Positions 40,378-52,032 of a stretch of DNA of 64,000 bases are shown here, in pieces. The notes below the pieces were generated by a model that was not told where the DNA came from, made no database searches, and was given only the letters and a program-made list of their open reading frames with translations. Each line of letters begins with the position of its first letter. Positions within the stretch are counted from its first letter, which is position 1. Source of the stretch: the human T2T-CHM13v2.0 reference genome, Homo sapiens; the NCBI RefSeq assembly GCF_009914755.1, contig NC_060944.1; one strand, 5' to 3'. Position numbers and translations under genes: made by a program.

Positions 40378-43300
40378 GTATGTATGTGTGTATATATGTA
40401 TATATATACACACACACCACATTTTCTTTATCCAATCATCCATTGATGGACACTAAGGTTGATTCCGTATCTTTGCAGTTGTGGTTAGTACTGCAATAAA
40501 CTTATGAGTGCAGATATCTTTTTTACTCAACAATTTCTTTTACTCCGGGTAAATATCCAGTAGTGGGATTGCTGGATTGAATACTAACTCCATTTTTAGT
40601 TCTTGGAGAAATCTCCATACTGTTTTCCATAGAGGTTGTACTAATTTACATTCCCACCAATAGCAAATGTATTCCCTTTTCTCTGCATCCTTGCCAACAT
40701 CTGTTATTTTTTGAATTTTTAATAATAGCCATTCTGACTGGTGTAAGATGATATCTCATGGTGGTTTTAATTTGCATTTCTCTTATGAGTAGTGATGTTG
40801 GGCATTTTTTCAGATGCCTGTTGGCCATTTGCATGTCTTCTTTTAAAAACTGTCTATCATGTCCTTTGCCCACTTTTTAATGGGGTTATTTTTGTTGTAG
40901 TTGTTGAGTTGTTTGAGTTTCTTGTAAATTTTAGATATCAGTACCTGTCAGACGCATACTTTGCAAATATTTCCTTCTATTCTGCAGGTTGTATGTTCAC
41001 TCTGTTAAGTATTTCTCTTGCTGAGCAGAAGCTTTTTCAGTTCCATTTGTCTATTTTTGTTTTTGTTCCTTGTGTTTTTGAGGTCTTAGTCTTGCTTGCC
41101 TAGACCAATATCCAAAAGAGTTTTTGCTGGTTTTATCTAGTATTTTTATGGTTTTAGAACTTACATTTAAGTCTTTAATCCATTGTGTGTTAATTTTAGT
41201 ATATGGTGAGAGATATGGGTCCAGTTTCATTCTTCTGCATATGGCAATTCAATTTTTCCAGCGCCATTTATTGACAAGGATGCCCTTTCCTCAGTGTATG
41301 TTTTTGTCATCTTGGTAAAAGATCAGTTGACTGTAGATATGTGGCTTTATTTCTGTGGTTTCTATTCTGTTCTGCCGATCTATGTGTCTATTTTTACACC
41401 AGTACCCTGTTGTTTTGGTTACTATAGCCTTGTAGTAGTATAATTTGAAGCCAGGTAATGTGATGCCTCCAGCTATGTTCTTTTTGCTTAGGATTTCTTT
41501 GATTATTTGGGCTCTCTTTTGGTTTCATATAAATTTTAGAATTGATTTTGTCTAATTCAGTGAAAAAATGATACTGGCATTTTGACAGGGATTGCAATGA
41601 ATCTATAGATTTGGTCCTTTGCCGTTCTGCCTTCTGCCATGTGAAGAGGCAGCAAGAAAGCCCTCACCAGATGCTGAATCCTTAATCTTGGACTTTGCAG
41701 CCACTGGAACTGTGAGAAATAATTTTTTGTTCTTTATTACCTAGTCGATGGTACTCTGTTATAGCAGCACAGAAGAAACTAAGGCAAAAATTGTGTCAGA
41801 AGTGAGGTGCTGCTATAATAAATAATGAAAATGCTGGAAGTGGCTTTGAAACTGGGTAATAGATAGAGACTAGAACAGTCTCTGAGTGAACACTGGAGAA
41901 AATATCTTTTGACAAGAATAAAGCATTAAAAGTGATTCTGGTGAGGGCTCAGAAGAAGAAAGCCTAAATCTTCTTACTTAAGAAAGGTCCTGACAATGGA
42001 AACTATGCTGATGAAGTCTCAGATGAAAATGAGGAACAAGGTATTGAAAACTGGAGGAAAGGTCATCTTTGTTACAAAGTGGCTAAACTCTTGGCTGAGT
42101 TATGTCCAGTTCCAGGACTTAAGGAAGGCGGAACTTAAGAGCAATAAGCTAGGATGTTTGCTGGAAGAAATCTCTAAGCACCAAACAATTCATGGTGCCT
42201 CATGGCTTCTCTTAACTGCTTATAGTAAACGAGGAGAAGAGAGAAATAGTTTAAAGATGGAATCTATAATTAAAAGGGAAACCATACGTAAAGATTTGGG
42301 AAATTCTCAGCCTAGCCATATGTGAAGAGTGAAAAAGAGTGTTTAGGAAAGAAAACAAAGAGTGTGGACAAGTGACCATTTGAGATTAGAATGGATAGAA
42401 GAAAGCAAAGTGTTATTCATCAAGACAATGGGAGAATGGCCCCAAGGGCATTTTAGAGGTCTTCAGGTTGTCCTTTCCATCACAGGCCCACAGTGTTAGG
42501 GACTTAAGGGCGGAATGATTTAAACACATGGATCCAGGGAACCCAGGGACCTCAGGGCTTACTGCAATTGCCGCCAAGGAGCTCAGCTTTCCACATTCTA
42601 GCACCATGCCTTTTGGGCACTCCAAATGTGGCTCAAGCAAGCCCAGGTGCAGCTCAGGCTGCCACTCTGGAGGGTACAAGTGGTGAGCCTTGGTAGCATC
42701 CACATGGTGCTAATTCTGCAGGAGCACAGAGAGCAAGAGTGTTGGAGGTATGACTTTTTCCACTTAGATTTCAAGGGATGATGAAGAATCCCAACTAAGG
42801 CAATGCCAAATGAAGCTATGAATGTGGAGCTGCCCCCAAACCCCAGCACTGTAGAGCCACAAGCATGTAGTGCCAGCCTGGGAAAGCCACAGGCATGCGA
42901 ATTCGATGCATGAAAGCTGAAGTAAGAAACGTTTTCAGCAAAGCCATCAGGCAGGGCTACCCAAGTTTTTGGGGGCTGAACCACCACCCTAGTGTGCTTG
43001 AAAAGTGGGACATAAGATCAATGATGAGAATCCTTAAGCCTTAAGATTTAATGTTGCTTGCCCTGTTAGATTTTGGATTTACTTAGAACCTGTTACTTCG
43101 TTCCTCTTTCCTAGTTCTGCCTTTGGGAATGTGAATGCCTATCCCACCAGTGTCTTTTGAAAGCACATAATTTGTTTGACTTCACAGGCTTTCCTCTGAA
43201 GGAAAATTTGCCTCAGCATGAATTGTGCCCTGAGTCTCACCTATATTTGATTTAGATGAGACTTTGTGCTTAGAATTTAATGTTGGAATGAGTTAAGACC

Positions 43301-43687
43301 CATTGGGGTGGAATGAAAGTATTTTGTATGGGAGAGGAACATAAATCTTGAGGAGCAGGAGAAGAATGCTATAGTTTGAAAGTGTTCTCTCCAAAATCCA
43401 TGTGTTGTCAATGTGATAGTATTGGCAGGCAGGGCCTAATGCCCTGATGACACTTCCTCCGTGAATGGGATTAGGTTCCCTTACAAAGGGGCTTCAGAGA
43501 GGGAGTTGGTCTTCTCTTGCCCTTTTTCCTTCCACCATGTGAGACTGCAGGAAGAAAGCCCTCACCAGATGCTGGCACACTGATCTTGGAAACCCCAGCC
43601 TCCAGAATTGTGAGAAATAAATTTCTGTTTCATTATAAATTACCTAGTCTCTAGCATTTTGGTATCAGCACAAAATGAACTAAGACA
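39782..43687 (+). mobile_element. Two-LTR MaLR provirus (MSTC-type): 5'LTR 39782-41786 split by L1PB, internal region 41787-43366, 3'LTR 43367-43687
   Basis: LTR starts tattatgatttgaatatg...caaaattcaggtgttg and tgctatagtttgaaagtg; shared gaaagccctcaccagatgctg; ends aactaag[g/a]ca; MST-int motifs gtggctttgaaactgggtaat and gctgatgaagtctcagatgaaaatgaggaac. Confidence 0.85.
39955..41610 (-). mobile_element. 5'-truncated L1PB (ORF2 3' part + 3'UTR) inserted in the 5' LTR, with an internal (TA)/(TG) microsatellite at ~40332-40417
   Basis: ORF 40646-40873(-) [23 protein letters not shown] is L1 ORF2; PB-type 3' end cattgcatagtggtgaagt; degenerate TSD ttctcttttgctattct / gtcctttgccgttct. Confidence 0.85.
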
Positions 43688-43699
43688 GCAATGAATGTA

Positions 43700-44528
43700 T
43701 TGCTTTATTTGCATAAGGAAACAATGTTAAAAAATAACAACAATAAGGAAGGAGGCCACCTGGGAAAAAGCATGAAATCAGGTATTAAGACTGAATGATT
43801 CAGAATGTTTAAGTTAAAGTGATCTGAGGGGTAAGTCCAAATGATGTGGTTTGGATCCATGTCCCCACCCAAATCTCATGTCAAATTTTAATCCCCAATG
43901 TTGGAAGTGGGACCTGGTTAGAGGTGATTGAATCGTGGGGTAGATCCTTCATGAATGGTTTAGCACTATCCTCTTGGTGCTGTTGTCATGACAGTGAGTG
44001 AGTTCTTGCAAGATCTGGTTGTTTAAACGTGTGTAGCACCTCCTCCCTCTCTCTTATGCTCCTTCTCTGACCATGAGAAGTGCTGCTTCCCCCTCACTTT
44101 CCGCCATGATTGTAAGTTTCCTGTGGGCTTCCAAGAAGCCAAACAGATACCAGCATCATGCTTTCTGTACAGCATGTGGAGTTGTGAGGCCATTAAACAT
44201 CTTTCTTTATAAGTTACTCAGTCTCAGATATTTCTTTATAGCAATGCAAGAATGACCCAATACACTAAGCTTTCACTTTATACATATGGACTTCATGGAT
44301 CAAAAATAAAATAAGTAATTCAAACATGGTTACCTGGCAGGTCTTACAGATCTATGACTACAGCCCACTACAGCAAATGTAATACTACAGGATGGAAAAG
44401 GGGACATTTACTCTTGAATCTGTGTTACTATAACAGGTCATTCAAGCTACTTTCATAGTACTTTCCATATATTAGCTAATCTGTTGAGGTTAGAAGGAAT
44501 CAAACTTTCCATGGATATCTTATCTGCC
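43700..44528 (+). repeat. Copy B of the ~390-bp direct duplication, interrupted by MSTB
   Basis: Aligns to 39390-39781 once 43842-44264 is removed. Confidence 0.9.
43842..44264 (+). mobile_element. MSTB solo LTR
   Basis: tgatgtggtttggatc...cccacccaaatctcatg...catgaatggtttagcac...ctttatagcaatgcaagaatgacccaataca. Confidence 0.88.
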
Positions 44529-45068
44529 TCAATCACAATTTCATATAATATAGATATATAGATAAATTTTTATAAGATCTAAGTTTTTTTAAATAGATAC
44601 CAATGAGATGAGTAAGTCCTATAGCTGAAGCAGAGCAGTTATAAACCTGTGCTATGTATTAACTTCTAATATATTTCCCATTCTCTTGCCTTCAAAAAAA
44701 ATCAAAGGTTAAGCTGGAAGCAACAGTTAGAGAACAGTGGCTCAAATAACCTTCTTCCATATCAAAGAGTGACTCATTAAAACTTTTGTCAATTTGCTCC
44801 TTCAAGGGAATTGACTGAGTGCACAGGAGTTCTTATAAAATCATACTCAAGTGTAAGTGTGATGGTAGACTTCTGGAAGGATTACAGTCAACTTGATACT
44901 ACAAGGGAATCTCCAATCCCACCTCATTAGGATGACTTTTCTGCAGACTGGTATGTATATAATGAACAAATCAGTTACATATTTTCTGTGTTCAGTTGAG
45001 TATGTAAAGAAATATAACTTGAAGCCTGTATCAACAAGAGCCAGTGAGGCAAAAAAGTAGTTTAACAG

Positions 45069-45099
<31 letters not shown>

Positions 45100-45190
45100 A
45101 ATATTGGCAACTAGCTTAAAAAGAGAGTTGAAAGGTAAGTGAGGGGACAGGAGGGCAATTCAGAGATGAACAATAACAGACAGCATCTAC

Positions 45191-45872
45191 TGTCAGAGGA
45201 ATTTGAACCAGAGTGAATCCATCTTGAATCAGGGCTAGGTAAAATAAGGTTCAGACCTACTGGGCTGCATTCCCAGGAGGTTAGGAATTCTTAGTCATAG
45301 GATGAGATAGGAGCATAAGATAAAGGTCACAAAGACCTTGCAGATAAAACAGCATGCAGTAAAGAAGCCAGCCAAAACCCATGAAAACCAAGATGCTGAT
45401 GAAAGTGACTTCTGTTCTTCCTCACTGCTCATTATATGTTAATTATAATACATTAGCATGCTAAAACACACTCCCACCAGTGCCATGACAGTTTACAAAT
45501 GCCATGGCAATGTCAGGAAGTTACCCTATATGGTCTGAGTTTACAAATGCCATGGCAATGTCAGGAAGTTACCCTATATGGTCTAAAAAGAGGAGGAAAC
45601 CTCAGTTCTGGGAATTGCCCATCCCGTTCCCAAAATACTCATGAATAATCCACACTTGTTTAGCATATAATAAAGAAATAACTATAAGTATACTCAGTTG
45701 AGCAGCCCATAACGCTGCGCCTGCTCTGCATATGGAGCAGACATTCATTATTCCTTTACTTTTTTAATCAATTTGATTTCACTTCACTCTGTGGACTCAT
45801 CCCAAATTCTTCCCTGCGCAAGGTTCAAAAACCCTCTCTTGGGGTCTGGATCAGGACCCCTTTCTGGTAACA
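45191..45872 (+). mobile_element. MER41B-like ERV1 solo LTR with an internal 47-bp tandem duplication
   Basis: tgtcagaggaatttgaaccagagtga...ggatcaggacccctttctggtaaca; near-TSD ctac/ctag. Confidence 0.85.
45606..45614 (+). promoter_or_regulatory. GAS (STAT) motif TTCTGGGAA within MER41B
   Basis: Matches TTCNNNGAA at the position of the MER41B GAS pair; the second site at 45627-45635 is degenerate (TTCCCAAAA). Activity not shown. Confidence 0.5.
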
Positions 45873-46137
45873 CTAGGATGAAGTAGTCAGAGGAAAGAGG
45901 TTTTTCCTAGAGACCAGGAGCTGGCCTCTCCAGGTAGTTGCTAAAACCACTTCAAGGACAACCTGCCAGGAGCTGGAACCATAAAAGAGACAGTCACACA
46001 AGACATTGCCTGACGCACAGAGAGAGAGATAAATATCTTGGTTTGTCTCCTACTCTCACCCTCAAGTCTACCCAATAATTACTGGCTGAAACTACCCTCA
46101 AGTCAATGAAAAATGTACTTTTTATGAGTTTTTCTCT

Positions 46138-46700
46138 TGCATTCCAGTTATCTATTGCTATGTAGCAAACTACCTAAATACATAGTGCTGTAAAACCACA
46201 ACCATTGCATTATGCTTACAGAGAGGTGTGGTAACTATGGCTTGTCTGCTTCATGGTGTATGGGGCCTCAGCTAGGCTAACTGTAAAGGCTGTGGCTGGA
46301 GGATTGTCTTTCAACATAACATCTTCATGCACAGATCTGTGCCTGCATTGTGATAACCAAAGGACCAACACAGCAAGGACTATCACCTGAAATACCTGCA
46401 GGTGGCTGCTGCAGCATTGTGGTGTCAGGTTGGCCGAATTTTAAACACAGTATTTCAGGGCACCAAGAGTGAATCTGACCAGCAAACAAGGCTAAGTCTA
46501 CATGGTCTTTTATGATACACCGTTGGAAGCAGATTGTGGTTTTCCAGCTCTGTGTTTTTGGTAATAAGTTATCACTTTTGCTGTATTCTGTTAATCAAAG
46601 CAATCACAAGCCCACCTAGATTCAATGCAAGGGGGAATGTAGATTGCCTCCAAATGAGGATATAAAAGAACACATAGACATATTTTAAAACAAATTATTC
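46138..46700 (-). mobile_element. MLT1 (F/G-like) LTR
   Basis: cagttatctattgctatgtagcaaactacc...ggggcctcagct...caatcacaagcccacctagattcaa. Confidence 0.55.
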
Positions 46701-49700
46701 TAGTCACAAAGAAAAATAAAATTCAAAAACTAGAACAAAATTCAAATAAGAATGCAAGGACTAAGAAAAAAATACTAGAAAAGAGTACAACAATGTACAT
46801 CACAATGGACCTTGAATTATGGCCAAAAAGTAGCACAGGCAATGAATGTTTCATGAGATCTGCAGAGAAAAATCACTGAAAAAAGTTAAGCATGGCTTCC
46901 AAAAAGCATTATCCAGTTTCCCTAAAAATAAAGTAGAAAATTATAGGGAAACCCTCTATTTCCCCCAGACTTTAAAAGAGCAGGTCATATAGAAGTTAGG
47001 TACAAACCTGGGTGAATTCTGAACTTTTGCAGGTTAGTCGTTCTGTTTACCTAACATACATGCAATTTTATCTTCAGAAGTAGCAATCTGCACTAATAGT
47101 TTGATTTTATCCTTAATATGAAACTACATCTTTTTTCTCCAGGTGTGCAGAACACAAATTGTTATGCAAACATGAAGCTCTCTTGCTTTCTCCTGGCCTA
47201 TACTCTGTACTCTTGATATTGGTTCTTTCTTGTTCTTCCCTCCTCCTTTTCCTTCTCTCCTTCAATCAACACAAGTCCTGCCTTGCAGCCCTTTTAGTTT
47301 TTTGGCTTACTTTGTGTTCTTAGCCTCAAATTCCAGTGGAACCTCTTAGCCTAAAGCAGCTATTACAGTTTTTGTAGGATGTGGTGAGTCCAGCAGTCTT
47401 CAGTTACCACTTGTAGACCTCCAGACCTCTCTGTGGTGAGGGGAGGGGGACCCAGGCCATCCTCTGCCTGGGATAGATGACTAAAGAAAAGCACATGACC
47501 CAAATTAGCAAAGGAAGAAGCAGAACACATGGAAAGAATTTTCTTCAAACAAATAAAAGTTTTTTTGGACTCTTCTTTTATGATTCAACTCTTCTGTTGT
47601 TCAGCTAGAAGTTGGAGTCATGGAAAAGGGAGAAATGGCTGGTGAGTGGATGAGAAAAACTTAGAAACTGAAATTGATCACCTTTGCATGAAGAAGATAA
47701 AAAATTAATTCATATTCAAGAGGTATATTCACATAGGTTTATCATGGAATTATATACAATTAAATAACCCCCATGCCCTCTGTTCCATTTGGGTTTCTAT
47801 TTTGGTTAGCGCGAAAACACTCATGACCACAAGACTCTTATTTTATGTGCAAACAGAAGGCTCTAGTGAGTGTTCATTTGTCCTCTGATTAACAACTACA
47901 CAGAAATAGAGTAATAAGCCTTGCTATGAAGCAGCTTTCCACTCCATTATATATTGAAGGAAAATGGCAAATCTGAAAGCCTGCTACTAACCACCACAGT
48001 GAATTAGGAGAGGATGAAGGCTGGCATTAAGCGATTCCTTTAAATTCAGTAATATTTGACAGGTCTCAGCTGTTGGGAATAGCTGTGAACTAAATTATTG
48101 AAAAAAAAGAAAAGAAATGATTTCCAAGTGATCATGTGACTTAAAGAAACTAGACAAAGTTCAGCCCACATTCAGCTGTCAGAAACACACCCTCCACACA
48201 GGGAATAAAGTGTGTAAATTCTAACTCTTTACATCTGAAGACTCCTGCTTCTCATCTAAAAGTATTTCAACCCAGTTCCTATGCCTTAATGCTCAGGGTG
48301 GGTGTCACGGTGGGTGGCTCTCTGGGGTGCTTTCTTCATGAGACCAGTTAGAATAAAGAGGAAACAGGGCCACTGTTTTAACTCATTGGCTTTGGCTTTG
48401 AATATATGCTTTCCACTTTTTAATTTTCATTTTATATTCTCTTCGCAGCAATAACCACATTTATTTAAATGTTCATTCCATTTGAGTAAGAGTTTCTTTG
48501 AATAAGAGCCATCTGTTTTGTTTAATCTGAGGATGGGTATTTTGTACCTATTCCTCTCTAGATAGAGTATTAGGAAGCCCATGTGTTGAGTCAGACCGTG
48601 AACTACCAATTCCTCTGTGTAATAATAAGCAAGGATAGCAAAACTTAGCTCAGCGAATCAAATGTGCAACACCCACTATCACATTGAGTAGCAGAAGAGA
48701 GATACCACAAAACTCTAACAGAGTATCGTAAATGTCATGAAGAAAATGATCTCCAGAGGCATTTTCATAATACATAAATTCAGACAAGTTTATTAGAGCC
48801 AAAGACATTTACTTGATTTGACGTTGCTGCACTGGTCCCTAAGGACAAATTAGACTCATAAATTCTGAGTGTCCTGAAAACACATGGTACTCTCCTGCCA
48901 CAAGCACACTTTATTTTGCAGAGAATCGTTTGTGGACTCATAGCAGCACCATCACCGGATTGGAAATGCTTTGCTTAACTATTCAGCAAGGTTTCCAGAA
49001 GATTCTGTGACCTGGGTGTCCATTAAAGTTAGAGAAGCTTTGGCATAAGAAATGCCCTCCAAATTTGCTGTCTGGAGGTGAAATGTAAATAAGTCTCCCA
49101 CCTGCTGTTTAAAGAAAGGGTCTGCTCACCTGTTAGAAGGCAAGCTGTAGACTAGAACAGACAGTGTTACATAAACCAAGGCCCCCTGTTAATAGTCACT
49201 TTGGAAATTCCCAAACTGTGAGTTGGATTAGTCCAGAAGCTGTGGTTACCAGGCAAGTTGAGGTCCCAAACCACCTCAGAAAGATTCCAAAAACACACTC
49301 TGTGTCACTGTTTCAAAACAAAGCTAGTAATATTTTAATCCCCTCACCACAAGGGCATGTCTAATATAGCTTGTCATGAGGCCAGTGACTTAGAGAAAGG
49401 AATCTGGATTTCCCCAGTTCTATCAGCTCTTTGATATTGAAAAAATAAACTAAAATCTGTATCAGAACTGGAAGCAAAGGCAAGCAGTTCAAGCAGATCA
49501 CAGGCCTGCCTCCAGCACTAATGATAGTTCAAGATCATTCTACGGGTTTTTAATGTTAGGCCTTCTAGCTTGTTCACTTGATGATATCACCGCATGCTTT
49601 GAAAATCCTTTTAAAAATTACCATTATTCTTTCATGGAAAAAAACAAACAGAGCCGAAAATGATCCTTTTCCAAGGGATTTGAGGACTTTTAAACCCTGA

Positions 49701-51630
49701 CTTCAGATTCATAAGTACCATGCTTTTCCTTGTGCCTTTGGATCAGAAATATTAAAATTCTTCTCCAGAGACATTTTTCATTTTGTCTGTAGCAGTTTTA
49801 TATTAAGAAATTAATGTTTGTGGCAAAGACTGAGACTGTGATAATGCCACAGGTAAATCAAGAAGGCCCTATCAGTGGTGATGAAGAAGGTTGACACTAA
49901 TTTGTTTTTTTTCTGATAAGCAGCACCAGAAATCAGGAAGAATAGCATTCATGACCTCGCCTGAGTGTTTGCCCTGTGTGTAACTGGTCCTCAGGGTTGA
50001 CTCACAAATGGAGCAATGACTTGGACTTGACTCTCTGGGTCTTCACTGTACCTTACTCTGGCCTGATTATTCTGGTATTCTGGCCTCAGTGTGCTTGCTC
50101 CTCACACTTTGGTGACAGTGGTTCTTTGACCACAGTCAGGGAGAGCTCCCTCTTTCATCTTCAGGTCCCCTTTTATGGAAATTAGTTTTGGCTTCCATTC
50201 TTAAAGGATTTACCATAATTTTTCCTTTTAGTATTAAGAAATGTTTTAACAACCAGTGGTTTGAGTGTCTGAATCCACTCTCCAAAACAACCAACTCATT
50301 GCCTTCTGATTTAGTTTCTAGTTATTGAATTTGGCCTGCTGTACTTCCGTTCCACCTAAAGTGACCAACTCATTATGCTTGCCACTGAATGTCCTGCGTC
50401 CCGAGAAGCCCCTCAGTCCCAGGCAAACCAGGACTTTAGGTCACCCTGAATACTCCTCCTCTTTTATCACTGTCTACTCCAACCCATATCCCTAATCTCC
50501 ACTAACAAATACACACACTCTTTCTATGCACCACGGTGTCCATAATGTGTTGGCTCTCTCTTTCTTTTCCTTCCTCTCTCCCTCTTTCTCCCTACACTTT
50601 CTTTCTCTTTTCATTTTCCATTTTATTTGTTAACCTTTTCTCTATCCCCAGGAAACAGAGTGTGAAGGGGGTAAAGAGAGAGAAAAGTATGAAAACATTT
50701 ATATGCAAGCTACATTAATATTGCCAAGAATAAGGTAATGTCGGGAGTATAATCGAAGTTATAAAAAAAGGACTAACGTGTCTCACCAATCATAGTGGTA
50801 TATTTTGCAGCAGATAAGATATAAAAAATTTTACTGGGGATAAGGCTGAGGGTGGAGGAGGGGATATGTAAGTGTGATTTTTTTTTTAATATTTGATCTA
50901 GGAGAATTTATACATGTTCTCATTTCATCTCCAGATAACAAAAATGAGGTACGTGTTTATAAAAATTTAAAGATGAGAACTTTGAGCTGCAAGAAAATTA
51001 AATAGTTTGCTGACGGCCATCAAGCTAAAAAATGGAAGAACTGGAATTTTGGAACTAGATCTCTTAAAGAGTTACTAGTTTTATTCAGAAGATAGAGGAA
51101 AGAAGACATGAACAATTATGCATATGGAAAGTATTTGGTAAATTTCCAGGTAGGTGAATCAATTCCGTTAATCTAGATGTCACAAGAGGAACTGATTTGC
51201 AGATCAGCTGGCAGAATGAAGGACTAGGTGTCGTGAGAGCCATATCTGCCTGAGTAGATTGGGGTGCAGTGGCATGGAAATGACATGGTCGGAAGCGTAG
51301 ACACTTCCTAGAAAAAGGACTCGTGAGAGAAGAAACGTATCCGTGATTGTCAATTTCAGGACCATCACTGATGTGAGTTGACAGCATCCTTCCACACAGG
51401 GAAGAGGAAAAAGAGGTGGGATGCAGCACCTTTAAAAAAATTGTTAGATTCCTTGAATAAGATTAAAAAAAGAAGAAGCCATTGATGTGAATCTGTTAAA
51501 GTCTGGCAAGTTAAATATATCTCTGGAGAAGTATTAAACATGACATTGCATGTTTAACTTTAATAAGAAAAATATTTGTAAAAATGTAACAAATTAAGCT
51601 GTGACTATTGGGATTAGTAAAAAGACCAAA

Positions 51631-52032
51631 TATTATGGTTTGAATGTGTCCCCTATAAAATGTAGGTGTTGAAACTCAATGGTCAACGTGATGATATTAA
51701 ACGGTGGCCCCTTTAAGAGGTGATTCAGTCATGAGGACTCCTTCTCTCATGAATGGGATTATGACCCTTATAAAAGAGGCTTCACGCAGTGTTCTGTTCG
51801 CTTACCCTGCAGCTATTCTGCCATGTGAGGACAGAGCCTTCCTGCTATTGGGAGGATGCAGCAACAAGGTGTCATCTTGGAAGCAGGGATCAGCCCTCAC
51901 CAGAAAACCAAATCTGCCACCACCTTGAACTTAGACTTCCCAGCCTTGAGAACTGTGAGAATATAAATTTCTCTTCTTTATAAATTACCCAGCCTACAGT
52001 ATTTTGTTGTAGTAGTATGATGGACTAAAACA
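51631..52032 (+). mobile_element. MSTC-like MaLR solo LTR
   Basis: tattatggtttgaatgtgtcccc...ggactaaaaca; perfect 5-bp TSD ccaaa (51626-51630, 52033-52037). Confidence 0.85.

Noticed and set aside
41996-42987. ORFs in the MaLR internal region
   Set aside because: Decayed fragments of MST-int; no intact reading frame.
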